Source of the DNA: Candidatus Latescibacterota bacterium
Lineage (GTDB): Bacteria; Latescibacterota; UBA2968; UBA8231
NCBI GenBank assembly: GCA_965243025.1
Contig: CBDETY010000003.1
Coordinates: 1,344,001 to 1,408,000, forward strand
Direction: 5' to 3'
DNA length: 64,000 nt
The notes beneath the pieces are model-generated. The model saw only the letters and a program-made list of their open reading frames with translations. It did not search any database and was not told the DNA's origin. The position numbers were made by a program, and so were the translations under genes. Below are positions 1 to 11,202 of the stretch, in pieces; the first letter of the stretch is position 1; the number at the start of each line of letters is the position of its first letter.

Positions 1-294
1 GCCCAGGAGATGCTGAAACGGGGCGGCCTGCTGCACGTTCTGGGTCTGTACGAAAACGAGCCGCTGCCCCTTTACTCGAGCCTGATTCAAGGCAGGCGGC
101 TTCTGGGGGGGTACATCGACCTCGGAGCAAAAAGGGAGAGCTCGGAGGAGGCGATGTCCATGCTGGAAACCGGGGCCATCGCCACGGAGCGGATGATCAC
201 CCACCGCATCCCGTTCACCGAAGCCAAGGCGGCATTCGACCTGCTCTACGACAGGCTCCCAGAAGCGATGGCCGTACTCCTGACCTGGGATTAG
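1..294 (+). CDS. Zn-dependent alcohol dehydrogenase (MDR family), C-terminal fragment; start lies upstream of the window
   Basis: ORF is open from the window edge. 'MITHRIPFTEAKAAFDLL...AVLLTWD' is a typical MDR C-terminus. Confidence 0.7.
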   Translation, partial: AQEMLKRGGLLHVLGLYENEPLPLYSSLIQGRRLLGGYIDLGAKRESSEEAMSMLETGAIATERMITHRIPFTEAKAAFDLLYDRLPEAMAVLLTWD

Positions 295-427
295 CGGCCG
301 GAAACACGCGGGAAGACCGCTGCGATTCTTCGATTTTTCGGACGAACCAGGCCGCCCTTTGACCGATTGACAGCCATTGGAGCGGGGCCTTGTTTCCAGG
401 CGGTAACCCTCCTCTGGACCGCCAACA

Positions 428-1459
428 GTGAATATCCGGACCCCCGCCATACTCGGAGCCGTACTCCTTTTCGCGGTTTCCTGTGCACCCCTGACGAAAC
501 CGGTTCCCGAAACTGATTCCTCCGCCACCGGGCCGGATCAGGAGCAGGAACCCCCCCTCGAGCGTTATCTGAAGAACCGGAAGGCGGAGGAACCGGATGC
601 CGGAAGAAGCGGCAAGCCGTGGATCGCGGTCCTGCCGATGAAGGACGTGTCCGACTTTCGCGAGGGTGTGTGGGATATAGAGCATGAATTTCCCGCCCTT
701 CTGACCGCGGAACTGGGCTCTCAGGATGTCTGGCGGGCCGTTCCCTACGACGCGGTGCGGCAGGTCGCCGGCGCTGCGCGGGAGCACTGGACGGACCAGG
801 AGCTGCTTCGGGTCGCCGGCCTGCTGCGCGCGGACATCCTTCTGGAGGGAGAGATCCTCGATTACAACACGGAACGGCTCCACGTCGGCGATCCGCTCGT
901 CGCCGGGTACAAGTCCTTCAGCGGCGTCGCCGAACTGGAGTTCACGGCTATGCGCGGGGAGGACCTGTCGACGATAGGGGGGCTGTACTCGAAGAAGGAG
1001 ACGACCGATCGCGATATTGGACTCGACCTGTTCGGGAAGCCGCGCGAGCGGGACTTCCAGTACGTCAATCTCGACAAGATGGTGTTCGGTTCCGACGATT
1101 TCCGAGCCACCCCGATAGGTGAAGCGACCGTGCGGGCGATCGTCGAGGTGGCCGACAAGCTCTCGGAGCTGATTCGCCCGGGGAACATCCGCCTCGGGAG
1201 CGACCCTGCCGAAATCCTGTCGGCATACGGCGACGAGATATTCATCAACCTGGGAAGCGAGAACGACGTGCACAGGGGGTACCGCTTCGAGGTCTTCCCG
1301 GGGCCGGAACGCGCCATCGAGGAAGGCCTGGACACCCTGGTGAGCGTAGCCCTGATCGAGGTGGCCGATGTCGTCGGGGCCCGTGTCTCCCGAGTCGTGA
1401 TGATCAGCGGCGGGGAAATTGCCTCCGGGGACCGCCTGAAGTTCGTGCAGACGCAGTAG
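428..1459 (+). CDS. Lipoprotein with CsgG/TolB-N-like domain and FlgT-C-like C-terminal domain
   Basis: Lipobox 'FAVSC'; 'IAVLPM...ADILLEGEILDY' resembles CsgG-like domains; 'IFINLGSENDVHRGYRFEVF...IASGD' resembles FlgT C-terminal domains. Confidence 0.6.
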   Translation: MNIRTPAILGAVLLFAVSCAPLTKPVPETDSSATGPDQEQEPPLERYLKNRKAEEPDAGRSGKPWIAVLPMKDVSDFREGVWDIEHEFPALLTAELGSQDVWRAVPYDAVRQVAGAAREHWTDQELLRVAGLLRADILLEGEILDYNTERLHVGDPLVAGYKSFSGVAELEFTAMRGEDLSTIGGLYSKKETTDRDIGLDLFGKPRERDFQYVNLDKMVFGSDDFRATPIGEATVRAIVEVADKLSELIRPGNIRLGSDPAEILSAYGDEIFINLGSENDVHRGYRFEVFPGPERAIEEGLDTLVSVALIEVADVVGARVSRVVMISGGEIASGDRLKFVQTQ

Positions 1460-1482
1460 TTGCCGGGGAGGAGAACCAGAGG

Positions 1483-2511
1483 GTGAAGGGAGTTGTGAAA
1501 TACCGGCGAGGCAGCGGGTTCGTGGAGCTTCGCGAGGTCGAGGAGCAGCCTCCCGGTCCATCGCAGGTGAAGATCGCCGTCAAGGCGAGCGGGATCTGCG
1601 GGTCAGACCTGCACATCCTGCACGACACCATCAACTACAACATCCGCACACCGGTGGTAATGGGCCACGAGTTCAGCGGGGTCGTGGTCGAAAAGGGGGC
1701 CGGCGCGGGAGCCGAGGTCGCTGTCGGGGATCGCGTCACCGGTGAGCCGAGCATCGAGATCTGCGGCAACTGCGCCTACTGCCTGAGCGAGCATTACAAC
1801 CTGTGCCCGGACCGCAAGGTTATGGGGTATTTCCACAACGGCTGCTTCGCCCCTTACGTCAACGCGAGGTTCGTCCACCGCCTGCCGGACAACGTCAGCT
1901 TCAAGGCGGGGGCGGTAACCGAGCTGCTGGCATGCTGCGTTCACTCCGTAATCGAACAGGCGGGGGTGGCTGCCGGTGATTTCGTCGCCGTTATCGGACC
2001 GGGACCGGTCGGTCTGTTCTCCGCCCTGGTAGCGAAGGCGGAGGGTGGCACGGTAATGGTCTGCGGCACTTCCAGGGATGGCGGTCGCCTCCGGTTTGCC
2101 GAGGAGCTGGGGATCGAGCAGACCGCAGTCGTCGACGAGACCGACGCCGCGGAGCGAGTCCGCGAGCTGACCGGCGGCTACGGGGCTGACGTCGTGGTCG
2201 AATGCGCCGGGGTGGCACCGGCCGTCGACCTCGCCCTGGACATGGTGCGCAAACGGGGCAAGGTGTCGCAGATGGGTCTCCCCGGGAAACCGGTGCAGAT
2301 CGACTTCGAGAAGGTGGCTTACAAGGAACTGCAGGTAAGCGGGGGGATCGGCCAGCGGCGGCCGGCCTGGGAGCGGTCGCTGAAGCTGATGGAGCAGGGG
2401 GTGATCGACTGCGAGAAGCTTATTTCACACGAGCTGCCCCTGGCGGAATGGGACCGCGGTTTCGAAATGATGGAGAAACAGGAAGGGATCAAGCTCGTTC
2501 TCAATCCTTGA
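1483..2511 (+). CDS. Zn-dependent alcohol/polyol dehydrogenase (sorbitol/threonine dehydrogenase-like)
   Basis: GICGSDLH, GHEFSG, structural Zn CxxCxxCx7C, GPGPVG Rossmann motif; GGAG RBS upstream. Confidence 0.9.
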   Translation: MKGVVKYRRGSGFVELREVEEQPPGPSQVKIAVKASGICGSDLHILHDTINYNIRTPVVMGHEFSGVVVEKGAGAGAEVAVGDRVTGEPSIEICGNCAYCLSEHYNLCPDRKVMGYFHNGCFAPYVNARFVHRLPDNVSFKAGAVTELLACCVHSVIEQAGVAAGDFVAVIGPGPVGLFSALVAKAEGGTVMVCGTSRDGGRLRFAEELGIEQTAVVDETDAAERVRELTGGYGADVVVECAGVAPAVDLALDMVRKRGKVSQMGLPGKPVQIDFEKVAYKELQVSGGIGQRRPAWERSLKLMEQGVIDCEKLISHELPLAEWDRGFEMMEKQEGIKLVLNP

Positions 2512-2529
2512 CCTGCACCCCCCTCGGCA

Positions 2530-2557
2530 AAAGCGCCCGGATGTCTCAGGGCGCTTT
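2530..2557. terminator. Probable intrinsic terminator between convergent dehydrogenase gene and dnaK
   Basis: Inverted repeat aaagcgccc / gggcgcttt with a 10-nt loop. Confidence 0.55.
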
Positions 2558-2695
2558 CAGTTTCCGCATCCTTCCGGGCCTGGCGACCCGCTTCGAAATA
2601 CTCGTCCGGCGGTAAGTGCACAAGCAAATTGATTCCAGCCGGCAGGCCTTCGGGCAGGCGGTCGGAGGGACACAACCGCCTCACGGCCCCGGCCG

Positions 2696-4657
2696 CTATT
2701 TCTTCTTTTCGGAATCGTCGTCCACGACCTCGTAGTCGGCGTCGACGGCGCCGGAGGGCCGAGCTTCATTTCCAGCTCCGGAAGCCCTCGGTTCACCTCC
2801 GGCCTCGCCTGATTCCGGGGGCCCATCGCCCCCTGCTGCGCCGGCCTGCTGCTGGGCTTCCTGGTACATGATTTCGGCAAGCTTGTGCGAAGCGGCGTTC
2901 AGTTTCTGGACCGCAGCGTCGATCGCCGCGGAATCCCCGTCCTCTTCCAGGACCTTCTTGAGCTCGGCGATCGCATCCTCCACCGGCTTGCGGTCTTCTG
3001 CCGAAAGCTTGTCGCCGTGCTCGCCGAGCGACTTCTCGCTGGCGTAAACCAGCTGATCCGCTTCGTTTCGTTTGTCTACCTGCTCGCGTCGCGTCTTGTC
3101 CTCTTCGGCATGCGCCTCGGCGTCCTTCTGCATGCTTTCGATGTCTTCCTGCGACAGGCCGCTGGAGGCTTCGATGCGAATCGACTGTTCCTTGTTGGTG
3201 CCCTTGTCCTGGGCGGAAACGTTGAGGATTCCGTTTGCGTCGATATCGAAGGTCACTTCGATCTGGGGCATGCCGCGCGGCGCCGCGGGAATCCCGTCCA
3301 GGTGAAACCGGCCCAGGGTGCGGTTGTCCCTGGCGAACTCCCTCTCCCCCTGCAGGACGTGCACTTCGACGGAGGGCTGGTTGTCCGCGGCGGTCGAGAA
3401 CACCTGGCTCTTTTTCGTCGGTATCGTGGTGTTGCGCTCGATCAGCCGGGTCATCACCCCGCCCAGGGTCTCGATGCCGACCGACAGCGGGGTCACGTCG
3501 AGAAGCAGCACGTCATCCACGTCTCCTGACAGGATGCCGGCCTGAATGCCGGCGCCGACCGCCACCACTTCGTCCGGGTTGACGCCTTTGTGCGGCTCCT
3601 TCCCGAACAGCTCCTGCACCAGCTCCTGCACCTTTGGCATGCGCGTGGAACCCCCGACCAGGATCACCTCGTTTACCTCTGCGGCCGTCACTTCGGCGTC
3701 GCGCAGGGCCTGCTCGCAAGGAACCCGGGTCCTCTGCACCAGATCCTCGACCAATTGCTCGAACTTGGCTCGCGAAAGCGTGGTCTGGACATGCTTGGGC
3801 CCGGTCTGGTCGGCGGTGATGAAGGGGAGGTTGATTTCGGTCGAGCCGGCCGACGACAGCTCGCATTTCGCTTTCTCCGCCGCCTCCTTCAGGCGCTGCA
3901 GTGCCATCGCATCCTTGCGGAGGTCGATTCCCTCGGCCTGCTCGAACTCCTCGGCGATCCAGTCGATGACCCGCTGATCGAAGTCGTCGCCGCCCAGATG
4001 GGTGTCGCCGTTGGTCGATTTGACCTCGAATACTCCGTCGCCCAGTTCGAGAATCGAGATGTCGAAGGTGCCTCCGCCGAGGTCGTACACGGCGATCTTC
4101 TCGTTGCGGCCCTCCTTGTCGAGCCCGTAGGCGAGCGCCGCGGCAGTCGGCTCGTTGACGATTCTCAACACCTCCAACCCGGCGATGGCGCCGCTGTCCT
4201 TGGTAGCTTGCCGTTGGGCGTCGTTGAAGTATGCAGGAACGGTGATGACCGCCTGCTGGATTTCCTCTCCGAGGTAGTCTTCGGCGGTCTGCTTCATCTT
4301 CTGAAGCACCATGGCCGAAATCTCCGGGGGTGTGAACTCGCCCCCGCCGGCCTTGACCACCGCCAGGTCCCGGGCCCCCTTCGATACCTCGTACGGAACC
4401 TCCGCGATTTCCTGGGACACCTCTTCGAAGCGGCGTCCCATGAAGCGCTTGATGGAGAAGATGGTATTCCGGGGATTGGTGACCGCCTGGCGTTTCGCGG
4501 TCTGCCCGACAAGGCGTTCCCCGTCTTTGGCGAACCCGACCATAGAGGGGGTGGTTCTCCCCCCCTCCGCGTTCGAAATCACGGCGGGCTCCTTGCCCTC
4601 CATTACGGCAACACACGAATTCGTCGTACCCAGATCTATGCCGATTACCTTGGCCAT
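2696..4657 (-). CDS. dnaK: Chaperone DnaK (Hsp70)
   Basis: [40 protein letters not shown]. Start placed at MAKVIG with AGAGGA RBS. Confidence 0.98.
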   Translation of the reverse strand: MAKVIGIDLGTTNSCVAVMEGKEPAVISNAEGGRTTPSMVGFAKDGERLVGQTAKRQAVTNPRNTIFSIKRFMGRRFEEVSQEIAEVPYEVSKGARDLAVVKAGGGEFTPPEISAMVLQKMKQTAEDYLGEEIQQAVITVPAYFNDAQRQATKDSGAIAGLEVLRIVNEPTAAALAYGLDKEGRNEKIAVYDLGGGTFDISILELGDGVFEVKSTNGDTHLGGDDFDQRVIDWIAEEFEQAEGIDLRKDAMALQRLKEAAEKAKCELSSAGSTEINLPFITADQTGPKHVQTTLSRAKFEQLVEDLVQRTRVPCEQALRDAEVTAAEVNEVILVGGSTRMPKVQELVQELFGKEPHKGVNPDEVVAVGAGIQAGILSGDVDDVLLLDVTPLSVGIETLGGVMTRLIERNTTIPTKKSQVFSTAADNQPSVEVHVLQGEREFARDNRTLGRFHLDGIPAAPRGMPQIEVTFDIDANGILNVSAQDKGTNKEQSIRIEASSGLSQEDIESMQKDAEAHAEEDKTRREQVDKRNEADQLVYASEKSLGEHGDKLSAEDRKPVEDAIAELKKVLEEDGDSAAIDAAVQKLNAASHKLAEIMYQEAQQQAGAAGGDGPPESGEAGGEPRASGAGNEARPSGAVDADYEVVDDDSEKKK

Positions 4658-4714
4658 GGCCATTCCTCTTCTCTGGTTGCAATGCAACTGCTGGTGGTTG
4701 ACAGGAGAACCCCT

Positions 4715-4730
4715 TGCAATCGATGTACCA
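4715..4730 (-). promoter_or_regulatory. sigma54 (-24/-12) promoter for dnaK
   Basis: Minus strand reads TGGTAC-atcga-TTGCA, matching TGGCAC-N5-TTGCW with one mismatch. Confidence 0.7.
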
Positions 4731-4892
4731 GTTGCGGAAAAAACTCTCTAATTGTCTGGTGTTAAACCAGTTATACGATTTTGGCGGGTTCTTGAAAAAA
4801 ACCGAATGACTGCCATAATGGCTGCCATGCATGCATTTATTGCACTGGATGCCGCAATTTGCCGTTCCCTGCCAGAGCAGGTGGACCTGAAA

Positions 4893-4922
4893 TTGACACC
4901 TGTCGTACTGCCCGGATAGATT
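4893..4922 (+). promoter_or_regulatory. sigma70-type promoter upstream of uvrB
   Basis: TTGACA-18 nt-TAGATT. Confidence 0.5.
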
Positions 4923-5089
4923 AGGAGTTTGTCTTCAAGCCGGGAGGGCGTGTGAATCCAGGTCCCTCCAGGTACGGTGGAGCCGGACGGACCATTTGTC
5001 GGCGGGTGCGATTGCTGCGGCTACAGAGGCCAGCGCTGATTCGGCGGTTCTGAAGCAATGCCCCGGGATCCAGGGAGAGCAGAAAAAGC

Positions 5090-7087
5090 GTGTCCGGATT
5101 CGACCTGATTTCCGAGTACAGGCCAGCGGGCGATCAGCCCAGGGCCATAGAAGAGCTGGTAGCCGGGGTCGGAAGCGGACAGCAGTTCCAGACACTCCTG
5201 GGGGTCACCGGAAGCGGCAAGACCTTCACGATGGCCAATGCCATCCAGCAGCTCGACCGGCCGACCCTCGTCATTTCCCACAACAAGACTCTTGCCGCGC
5301 AGCTCTACGGTGAGTTTCAGGGGTATTTTCCCGACAACGCGGTAGAGTACTTCGTCAGCTACTACGACTACTACCAGCCGGAAGCGTATCGCCCGGCGAC
5401 AGACACCTACATCGAGAAGGAGGTCGACCTCAACGAGGAGATCGACCGCCTGCGGCTGCGGGCGATGACCTCCCTGCTCGAACGGCGGGACGTCGTTATC
5501 GTGGCGACCGTTTCCTGCATCTTCGGCCTGGGATCGCCTGTCGAGTTCCGGGAACAGAAGCTGACCCTGCGGGTGGGTGACCGGGTGGAACGGGACGAGA
5601 TCCTGCGCCGCCTGATCGACATCTACTACAGCCGCAACGACCTCGAGCTCAAGCGCGGACACTTCCGCGTGCGCGGGGACATCATCGAGGTCGTCCCGGC
5701 GGTCGAGGAGCAGGCCGTCCGCATCGAGCTCTTCGGCGACGAGGTGGAGGCGATTGCGGTGGTCGACGCCATGTCGGGCACGACGCGGGAAAAGAGGGAA
5801 GAGGCGACCTTCTATCCCGCCAAAGCCTACGTCACCGACGAGGACAAGACCGAGCGGGCCTGCGAGGGAATCCTGCACGAGCTCGAGGGCCGCCTACTCG
5901 ACCTGCGAACCGAGGACAGGCTCCTCGAAGCACACCGCCTCGAGACGCGAACCAAGTACGACGTCGAGATGATCCGCGAGATCGGCACCTGCCCCGGGAT
6001 CGAGAACTACAGCCGCTACATGGACGGTCGCGAGCCCGGCCAGGCGCCGTACGTGTTGATGGACTACTTCCCCGGGGACTATCTCCTGCTGATCGACGAA
6101 TCGCACATGACGATTCCGCAGATTCGCGGAATGTGGCGGGGAGACCGTTCGCGCAAGGACATGCTGGTCGAGCACGGTTTCCGCCTGCCCTCCGCGTACG
6201 ACAACCGGCCACTCTACTTCGAGGAGTTCGAGGACAGGGTCGGCGACGCGGTCTTCGTGTCGGCGACCCCGGGTCCGTACGAGCTCGAGCGGTCGGGCGG
6301 GGTTATAGTCGAGCAGGTGATTCGGCCCACCGGTCTCGTCGACCCGGAGATCGAGGTGCGTCCACTGGGAAACCAGGTCGACGATCTCATGGAGGAGATC
6401 CGGGGTCGGGCGGAGCGGAAGGAGAGAGTGCTGGTCACGACCTTGACCAAAAGGATGGCGGAGCGTCTGACAGAGTACCTCGATCAGAACGGCTTCCGGG
6501 TCCGCTACCTGCACTCCGAGGTCGACACCCTGGACCGCGTCAGCATCCTGCGCGACCTGCGCCTTGGGGAGTTCGACGTGCTCGTTGGGATCAACCTGCT
6601 GCGCGAGGGCCTCGATCTGCCCGAGGTTTCGCTTGTCGCCATTCTCGACGCCGACAAGGAGGGATTCCTGCGCTCCGAGCAGTCTCTTATTCAGACCGTG
6701 GGGCGGGCGGCGCGAAACGCCGCGGGACTGGTGATCTTCTACGCCGACAAAATGACCGGATCGATGCAGCGCACCATCGCCGAAACCCGTCGCCGCCGGC
6801 GCTTGCAGCAGGAGTTCAACGAGGAACACGGCATCGTGCCGCAGACGATCCTGCGCTCAGCGGAGGCCATTCTGCAGACGACCTCGGTCCTCGAACACGC
6901 GCGCCAAGACAAGACCGAAGCCGTGGGGGACCTCGCTGCCCATGGTTCCGCAAGGGCGGGAGATACCCGTGAGCTCCTTGCCGAACTGGAAAAACGGATG
7001 GCCGAGGCGGCTGCGGCCCTCGAGTTCGAAAAAGCCGCTCAGCTTCGGGACGAAATCAGTCGCTTGCGAGAAAAAGCGGCCGGGTGA
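5090..7087 (+). CDS. uvrB: Excinuclease ABC subunit B
   Basis: [18 protein letters not shown] beta-hairpin, [15 protein letters not shown]-terminal UVR domain. Confidence 0.98.
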   Translation: MSGFDLISEYRPAGDQPRAIEELVAGVGSGQQFQTLLGVTGSGKTFTMANAIQQLDRPTLVISHNKTLAAQLYGEFQGYFPDNAVEYFVSYYDYYQPEAYRPATDTYIEKEVDLNEEIDRLRLRAMTSLLERRDVVIVATVSCIFGLGSPVEFREQKLTLRVGDRVERDEILRRLIDIYYSRNDLELKRGHFRVRGDIIEVVPAVEEQAVRIELFGDEVEAIAVVDAMSGTTREKREEATFYPAKAYVTDEDKTERACEGILHELEGRLLDLRTEDRLLEAHRLETRTKYDVEMIREIGTCPGIENYSRYMDGREPGQAPYVLMDYFPGDYLLLIDESHMTIPQIRGMWRGDRSRKDMLVEHGFRLPSAYDNRPLYFEEFEDRVGDAVFVSATPGPYELERSGGVIVEQVIRPTGLVDPEIEVRPLGNQVDDLMEEIRGRAERKERVLVTTLTKRMAERLTEYLDQNGFRVRYLHSEVDTLDRVSILRDLRLGEFDVLVGINLLREGLDLPEVSLVAILDADKEGFLRSEQSLIQTVGRAARNAAGLVIFYADKMTGSMQRTIAETRRRRRLQQEFNEEHGIVPQTILRSAEAILQTTSVLEHARQDKTEAVGDLAAHGSARAGDTRELLAELEKRMAEAAAALEFEKAAQLRDEISRLREKAAG

Positions 7088-7198
7088 CAAACCGTTCGAA
7101 CGGGGAATTGATCGCCAGTGAAGGGAGTGTCATTTCCCGGTGCTTCATCGATGTCTGGTAGTGCCTCAAACCAAGGCACTGCCTGATGTTTCGGGTGA

Positions 7199-7227
7199 TT
7201 GACGATGCAAGTTCCTGAAAGTACATT
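7199..7227 (+). promoter_or_regulatory. sigma70-type promoter upstream of ABC ATPase
   Basis: TTGACG-17 nt-TACATT. Confidence 0.55.
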
Positions 7228-7304
7228 GGAGCCCTTCATCAGCGGCTTCCCCCTGCGGTTTCCCCTTGTAATCCCCGGAAATACAACAAGAAAACAACAG
7301 GCCC

Positions 7305-8057
7305 ATGGCGAGTAGAAACGGTCGGATTATCGTCGACGTCCAGGATGTCACGATGGTGTACAACGCCAGGAATCGGGACGAATCCACCCATGTGCACGCC
7401 CTGAGGGGGCTCACCCTTCAGGTGTTCGAAAACGAGTTCTTCGCCATAATGGGGCCGTCGGGATCCGGCAAGAGCACCTTGTTCAACCAGATCGGGGCCC
7501 TGCAGACCCCGACATCGGGACAGGTGCTGATCGAAGGCGTCAATCTCGCATCCCTGTCGCCCCAGCAGCTGGCCGCGGTCCGGTGCTTCGAGTTGGGGTA
7601 CATCTTCCAGACCTACAACCTGCTGCCGGTCATGAGTGCGCTGATGAACGTGTCGCTGCCGACGATATTTGCCGGCATGTCCACGGTGGAAGGGGAGGAG
7701 CGGGCGATGGAGTGCCTGCGCATCGTCGGGCTGGATGACAGGGCCCATCACCTGCCGTCGGAGTTGAGCGGCGGGCAGATGCAACGGGTCGCCATCGCCA
7801 GGGCCTTCGTCAACAAACCCCGCATTATCCTGGCCGACGAACCGACCGGTAATCTCGACAGCAACACCGGCCAGGAAATCATCGATCACATGAAGAACCT
7901 GCAGCAGGGATCGGGCACTACCATCATCACCGTGACCCACGATGACAAGATGCTCACGGCGGCGGACCGGATGGCCTGGATTCGCGACGGCAAACTCGAG
8001 CGGATCGCCAACCGCGAGGATATCGAAATCCGCATGGGAAGCATCAGGGAGCACTAG
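7305..8057 (+). CDS. ABC transporter ATP-binding protein (LolD/MacB-like)
   Basis: [38 protein letters not shown]. Confidence 0.92.
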   Translation: MASRNGRIIVDVQDVTMVYNARNRDESTHVHALRGLTLQVFENEFFAIMGPSGSGKSTLFNQIGALQTPTSGQVLIEGVNLASLSPQQLAAVRCFELGYIFQTYNLLPVMSALMNVSLPTIFAGMSTVEGEERAMECLRIVGLDDRAHHLPSELSGGQMQRVAIARAFVNKPRIILADEPTGNLDSNTGQEIIDHMKNLQQGSGTTIITVTHDDKMLTAADRMAWIRDGKLERIANREDIEIRMGSIREH

Positions 8058-8090
8058 TGTCCCGGACTCCCTCCCTGATACTTCCCGGGC

Positions 8091-9014
8091 TCAGCGAGGC
8101 TGGGCCTTTCTTTTTTTCAACCCCTCTCTGAGAAACAGTTCCCGGTTCGCAAAAGCTCCTGCCAGGGTCAGACCGCCGTCCACTGCGATCAACTGACCGG
8201 TCATGAACGGCAGGCGAACGAAGGCGAAGGCGGCCTCCGCTATTTCTTCGGCAGTGCCGATGCGGGGGATCGCCTGGGCCCCTCCTGCCGCCATCAGGTC
8301 ATAGGTTTCGGCCACCGTCAATTCGCTTCCGTCCGGATCGAACAATCCGGAAGGGCGGCCCGTCAGGGGAGTGTCGATTACCCCGGGACGCAGCGCGTTG
8401 ACGGTGATATTGCAGGGTCCTCCCTCGAGAGCGGCGCCGATGACGGCGTGGTTCAGGCCTGCCTTGCTTACGCCGTACGGAATGCGGGTCGACTCGGGGG
8501 CAACGTCCGAAATCGACGTGATGAAGAGGATGCTGCGGTGTGCCGGCGTACCGCCCCGGGCCTTTTCCGCCTCTGACTGGGCGATCATGTGCCGGAGTGC
8601 GCGCTGCGCGAGCCGGTAGGCCCCTTTCAAATTGAGGTCGAGGACACGTGCCATCTCCCCCTCGAGATGTTCAGGGGGACACTCGTGGAAGCGAAACCGC
8701 TGCAACTGGCCGCTGTCATCCTTGAGGTAGTTGACGATACCGCTGTTGCTGATGGCGACGTCGAGTCTCCCGAACCTCTCGAACGCCTCGTCGACGAGGC
8801 GGAACGGCTCGTCGGGCCGCGCGAGGTCGGCGCCGATGCAGAGGGTCTCGACTCCGTCCCGGGAACGGATCGAGGCGGCGATGTCTTCGGCCCTCTCGCG
8901 CCCGGAATGGTAGTTGATGACTACGTCGTACCCATGGCGGGCAAAGCAGCGAACCATGGCCTCCCCGATCCCGCTGCTGGATCCGGACACGAGGCATACG
9001 GGTCGGTCGGCCAC
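8091..9014 (-). CDS. SDR family oxidoreductase
   Basis: SGSSSGIG, NSG, YxxxK (YGVSK), TGQLIAVDGG. Confidence 0.88.
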   Translation of the reverse strand: MADRPVCLVSGSSSGIGEAMVRCFARHGYDVVINYHSGRERAEDIAASIRSRDGVETLCIGADLARPDEPFRLVDEAFERFGRLDVAISNSGIVNYLKDDSGQLQRFRFHECPPEHLEGEMARVLDLNLKGAYRLAQRALRHMIAQSEAEKARGGTPAHRSILFITSISDVAPESTRIPYGVSKAGLNHAVIGAALEGGPCNITVNALRPGVIDTPLTGRPSGLFDPDGSELTVAETYDLMAAGGAQAIPRIGTAEEIAEAAFAFVRLPFMTGQLIAVDGGLTLAGAFANRELFLREGLKKRKAQPR

Positions 9015-9058
9015 GGTGGTATGTTCCGGCTGGGAAGCGCGACGAATGCGCTCGCCTT

Positions 9059-10057
9059 TCAGGCGAGCGCCGATTCCCCCCTCATCGAGCGGACCGTTTC
9101 GACGACCCGGTCGACGCTGGGGATAGTGGGCACCTCGAGGGAGGGACTGAAGGGAACGGGAACATCGGCAGCTGCGATCCGCATCACCGGCGCGTCGAGG
9201 AAATCGAAGGCGGACTCGCTGATCCGGGAGGCGATCTCCCCGGTGACTCCGTAGCGGCCTGCGCCTTCGTCGATGACGACGGCATACCCCGTTTTTTCCA
9301 CCGAAGCGACCATCGTTTCGGTATCGAGGGGGAACAGGGTGCGGGGGTCGACGACTTCGGCACTGATACCCTCGTTTTCCAGGGCCGCGGCCGCTTCGAG
9401 GGCAACTCCGACCATGCTCGAGGTTCCGATCAGCGTGACATCGCTCCCTTCGCGTCGAATCGCCGCTTCGCCGAACGGTATGGTATACTCTTCGCGAGGA
9501 ACGGGCCCGACGTCGTTGTACATCATCTTGTCTTCGAACACGAGCACAGGGTTGTCGTCGCGAATTGCCGTCTTGAGGAGCCCCTTGGCGTCTTCAGGAC
9601 AGGAGGGAACGGCAACCTTGAGACCGGGGATGTGGGCAAACAGGGCGTGCAGACTCTGCGAGTGCTGGGCAGCCGAAGAGCGGCCCGCACCCATCGAAAG
9701 GCGCACTGTCAGACAGACCTGGCACTGACCCCCGGTCATGTAGCGGACCTTGGCCGCCTGGTTTACCAGCTGGTCCATCGTCAACAGGGAAAAGTCGCCG
9801 AACATGAGTTCGGCAATGGGACGCATTCCCGTCATCGCGGCACCGACGCTTACTCCGATGTAGCCGGCCTCGGCTATGGGAGCATCGATCACCCGTTCAC
9901 CGCCGAATTCCTCGAACAGGCCCTCGCTGCATTTGAAAATCCCACCCGACTTTCCGACGTCCTCGCCGATGAGAAAAACAGTCTCGTCGCGACGCATTTC
10001 CTCCGCCATCGCCTCGATGACGGCCTCTCTGAAACTGATTTCGGCGGTTTCAGGCAT
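9059..10057 (-). CDS. 2-oxoacid (pyruvate/acetoin-type) dehydrogenase E1 beta subunit
   Basis: GEDVG, DAPIAEAG, AAQHSQS, DDNPVLVFE; overlaps the E1 alpha stop. Confidence 0.92.
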   Translation of the reverse strand: MPETAEISFREAVIEAMAEEMRRDETVFLIGEDVGKSGGIFKCSEGLFEEFGGERVIDAPIAEAGYIGVSVGAAMTGMRPIAELMFGDFSLLTMDQLVNQAAKVRYMTGGQCQVCLTVRLSMGAGRSSAAQHSQSLHALFAHIPGLKVAVPSCPEDAKGLLKTAIRDDNPVLVFEDKMMYNDVGPVPREEYTIPFGEAAIRREGSDVTLIGTSSMVGVALEAAAALENEGISAEVVDPRTLFPLDTETMVASVEKTGYAVVIDEGAGRYGVTGEIASRISESAFDFLDAPVMRIAAADVPVPFSPSLEVPTIPSVDRVVETVRSMRGESALA

Positions 10058-11144
10058 AGATATCCTCAAAGGCCTGTTCGGGAGGGGGCAGCTCGGAATT
10101 TCGCCCGAACTCGACCGCTTCGACGACTTCGTCTTCGACCTGGTTTTCCAGCGCCTCCAATTCCGACCTGGTCGCCATCTTCCAGGCGATCATCTGCTCT
10201 CCGAGGCGGTGGATCGGATCCTTGTTCTGCATCCACCAGTCGAGTTCCTCCCTGGTGCGGTACCCGGCCGCGTCCCCCACGTGATGTCCTCGATAGCGGT
10301 AGGTGTCGGCTTCGATGAAGGTCGGGCCGTTGCCGCTGCGCGCTTTCTCCACTGCCTCGGAAACTCCGGTGTACATTTCGACGACATCGGAGCCGTCCAG
10401 CCGGACACCCTCCAGACCGAGTCCGGCGGCCCGCTTCACTATCTGGTCGACTCCGGTGACCTTTTCGAACGGGGTATGCTCGCCGTACTGGTTGTTTTCG
10501 CAGATGTAGATCACCGGCAGGCTCCAGATGACGGCCATGTTCACGGTCTCGAGAAGGATGCCTTGATTCGCGGCTCCGTCGCCGAAGAAACAGACGGCAA
10601 CCTGGCCCGAGCCGCGCATCTTGGCGGAAAGGGCGGCACCGGTGGCGATTCCGAAGCTGCCCCCGACAATGCCGTTGGCCCCGAGGTTGCCTCCGGAGAA
10701 GTCGGCGATGTGCATCGAGCCCCCCTTGCCGCGGCAGTATCCGGCTTCCTTGCCCATGATCTCGGCCATCATCCGGTCGAGGGCCGCTCCCTTTGCCAGG
10801 CAATGTCCGTGTCCGCGATGGGTGCTGGTGATGTAGTCCTCCTCGCCAAGAGCCGAACAGGCGCCGACTGCGACGCCCTCTTCCCCTATGTACAGATGCG
10901 CGAGCCCCGGCATCAGGCCGCGGGTGTACACGTCCCATACATGTTCCTCGAACTTGCGGATCTCCCACATCTTCCGATACATCGACCATGTCAATCCGGA
11001 TCCGATCTTCGCTGTTTTCCCCGGGCGGGGGGAACCGGAGCCCGGAATGGCGGGGGTGGGACTTTTCGAGTTTCCGCCTTTTTTCACCGGCGACTTGGCC
11101 GTCTTCCTTTTCCGGGCGGCTTTACTTTTCTGCTTTTGCGCCAT
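10050..11144 (-). CDS. 2-oxoacid (pyruvate/acetoin-type) dehydrogenase E1 alpha subunit, TPP-dependent
   Basis: HLYIGEE, THRGHGH, GKGGSMH, GDGAANQG...NNQY TPP motif, YRYRGH. Confidence 0.92.
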   Translation of the reverse strand: MAQKQKSKAARKRKTAKSPVKKGGNSKSPTPAIPGSGSPRPGKTAKIGSGLTWSMYRKMWEIRKFEEHVWDVYTRGLMPGLAHLYIGEEGVAVGACSALGEEDYITSTHRGHGHCLAKGAALDRMMAEIMGKEAGYCRGKGGSMHIADFSGGNLGANGIVGGSFGIATGAALSAKMRGSGQVAVCFFGDGAANQGILLETVNMAVIWSLPVIYICENNQYGEHTPFEKVTGVDQIVKRAAGLGLEGVRLDGSDVVEMYTGVSEAVEKARSGNGPTFIEADTYRYRGHHVGDAAGYRTREELDWWMQNKDPIHRLGEQMIAWKMATRSELEALENQVEDEVVEAVEFGRNSELPPPEQAFEDIYA

Positions 11145-11202
11145 GGTCGTCTGAGACGCCGCTCCCGAGGCGTTTCGTGTGGAGTTGTGCGACAAGCCGG
11201 GA

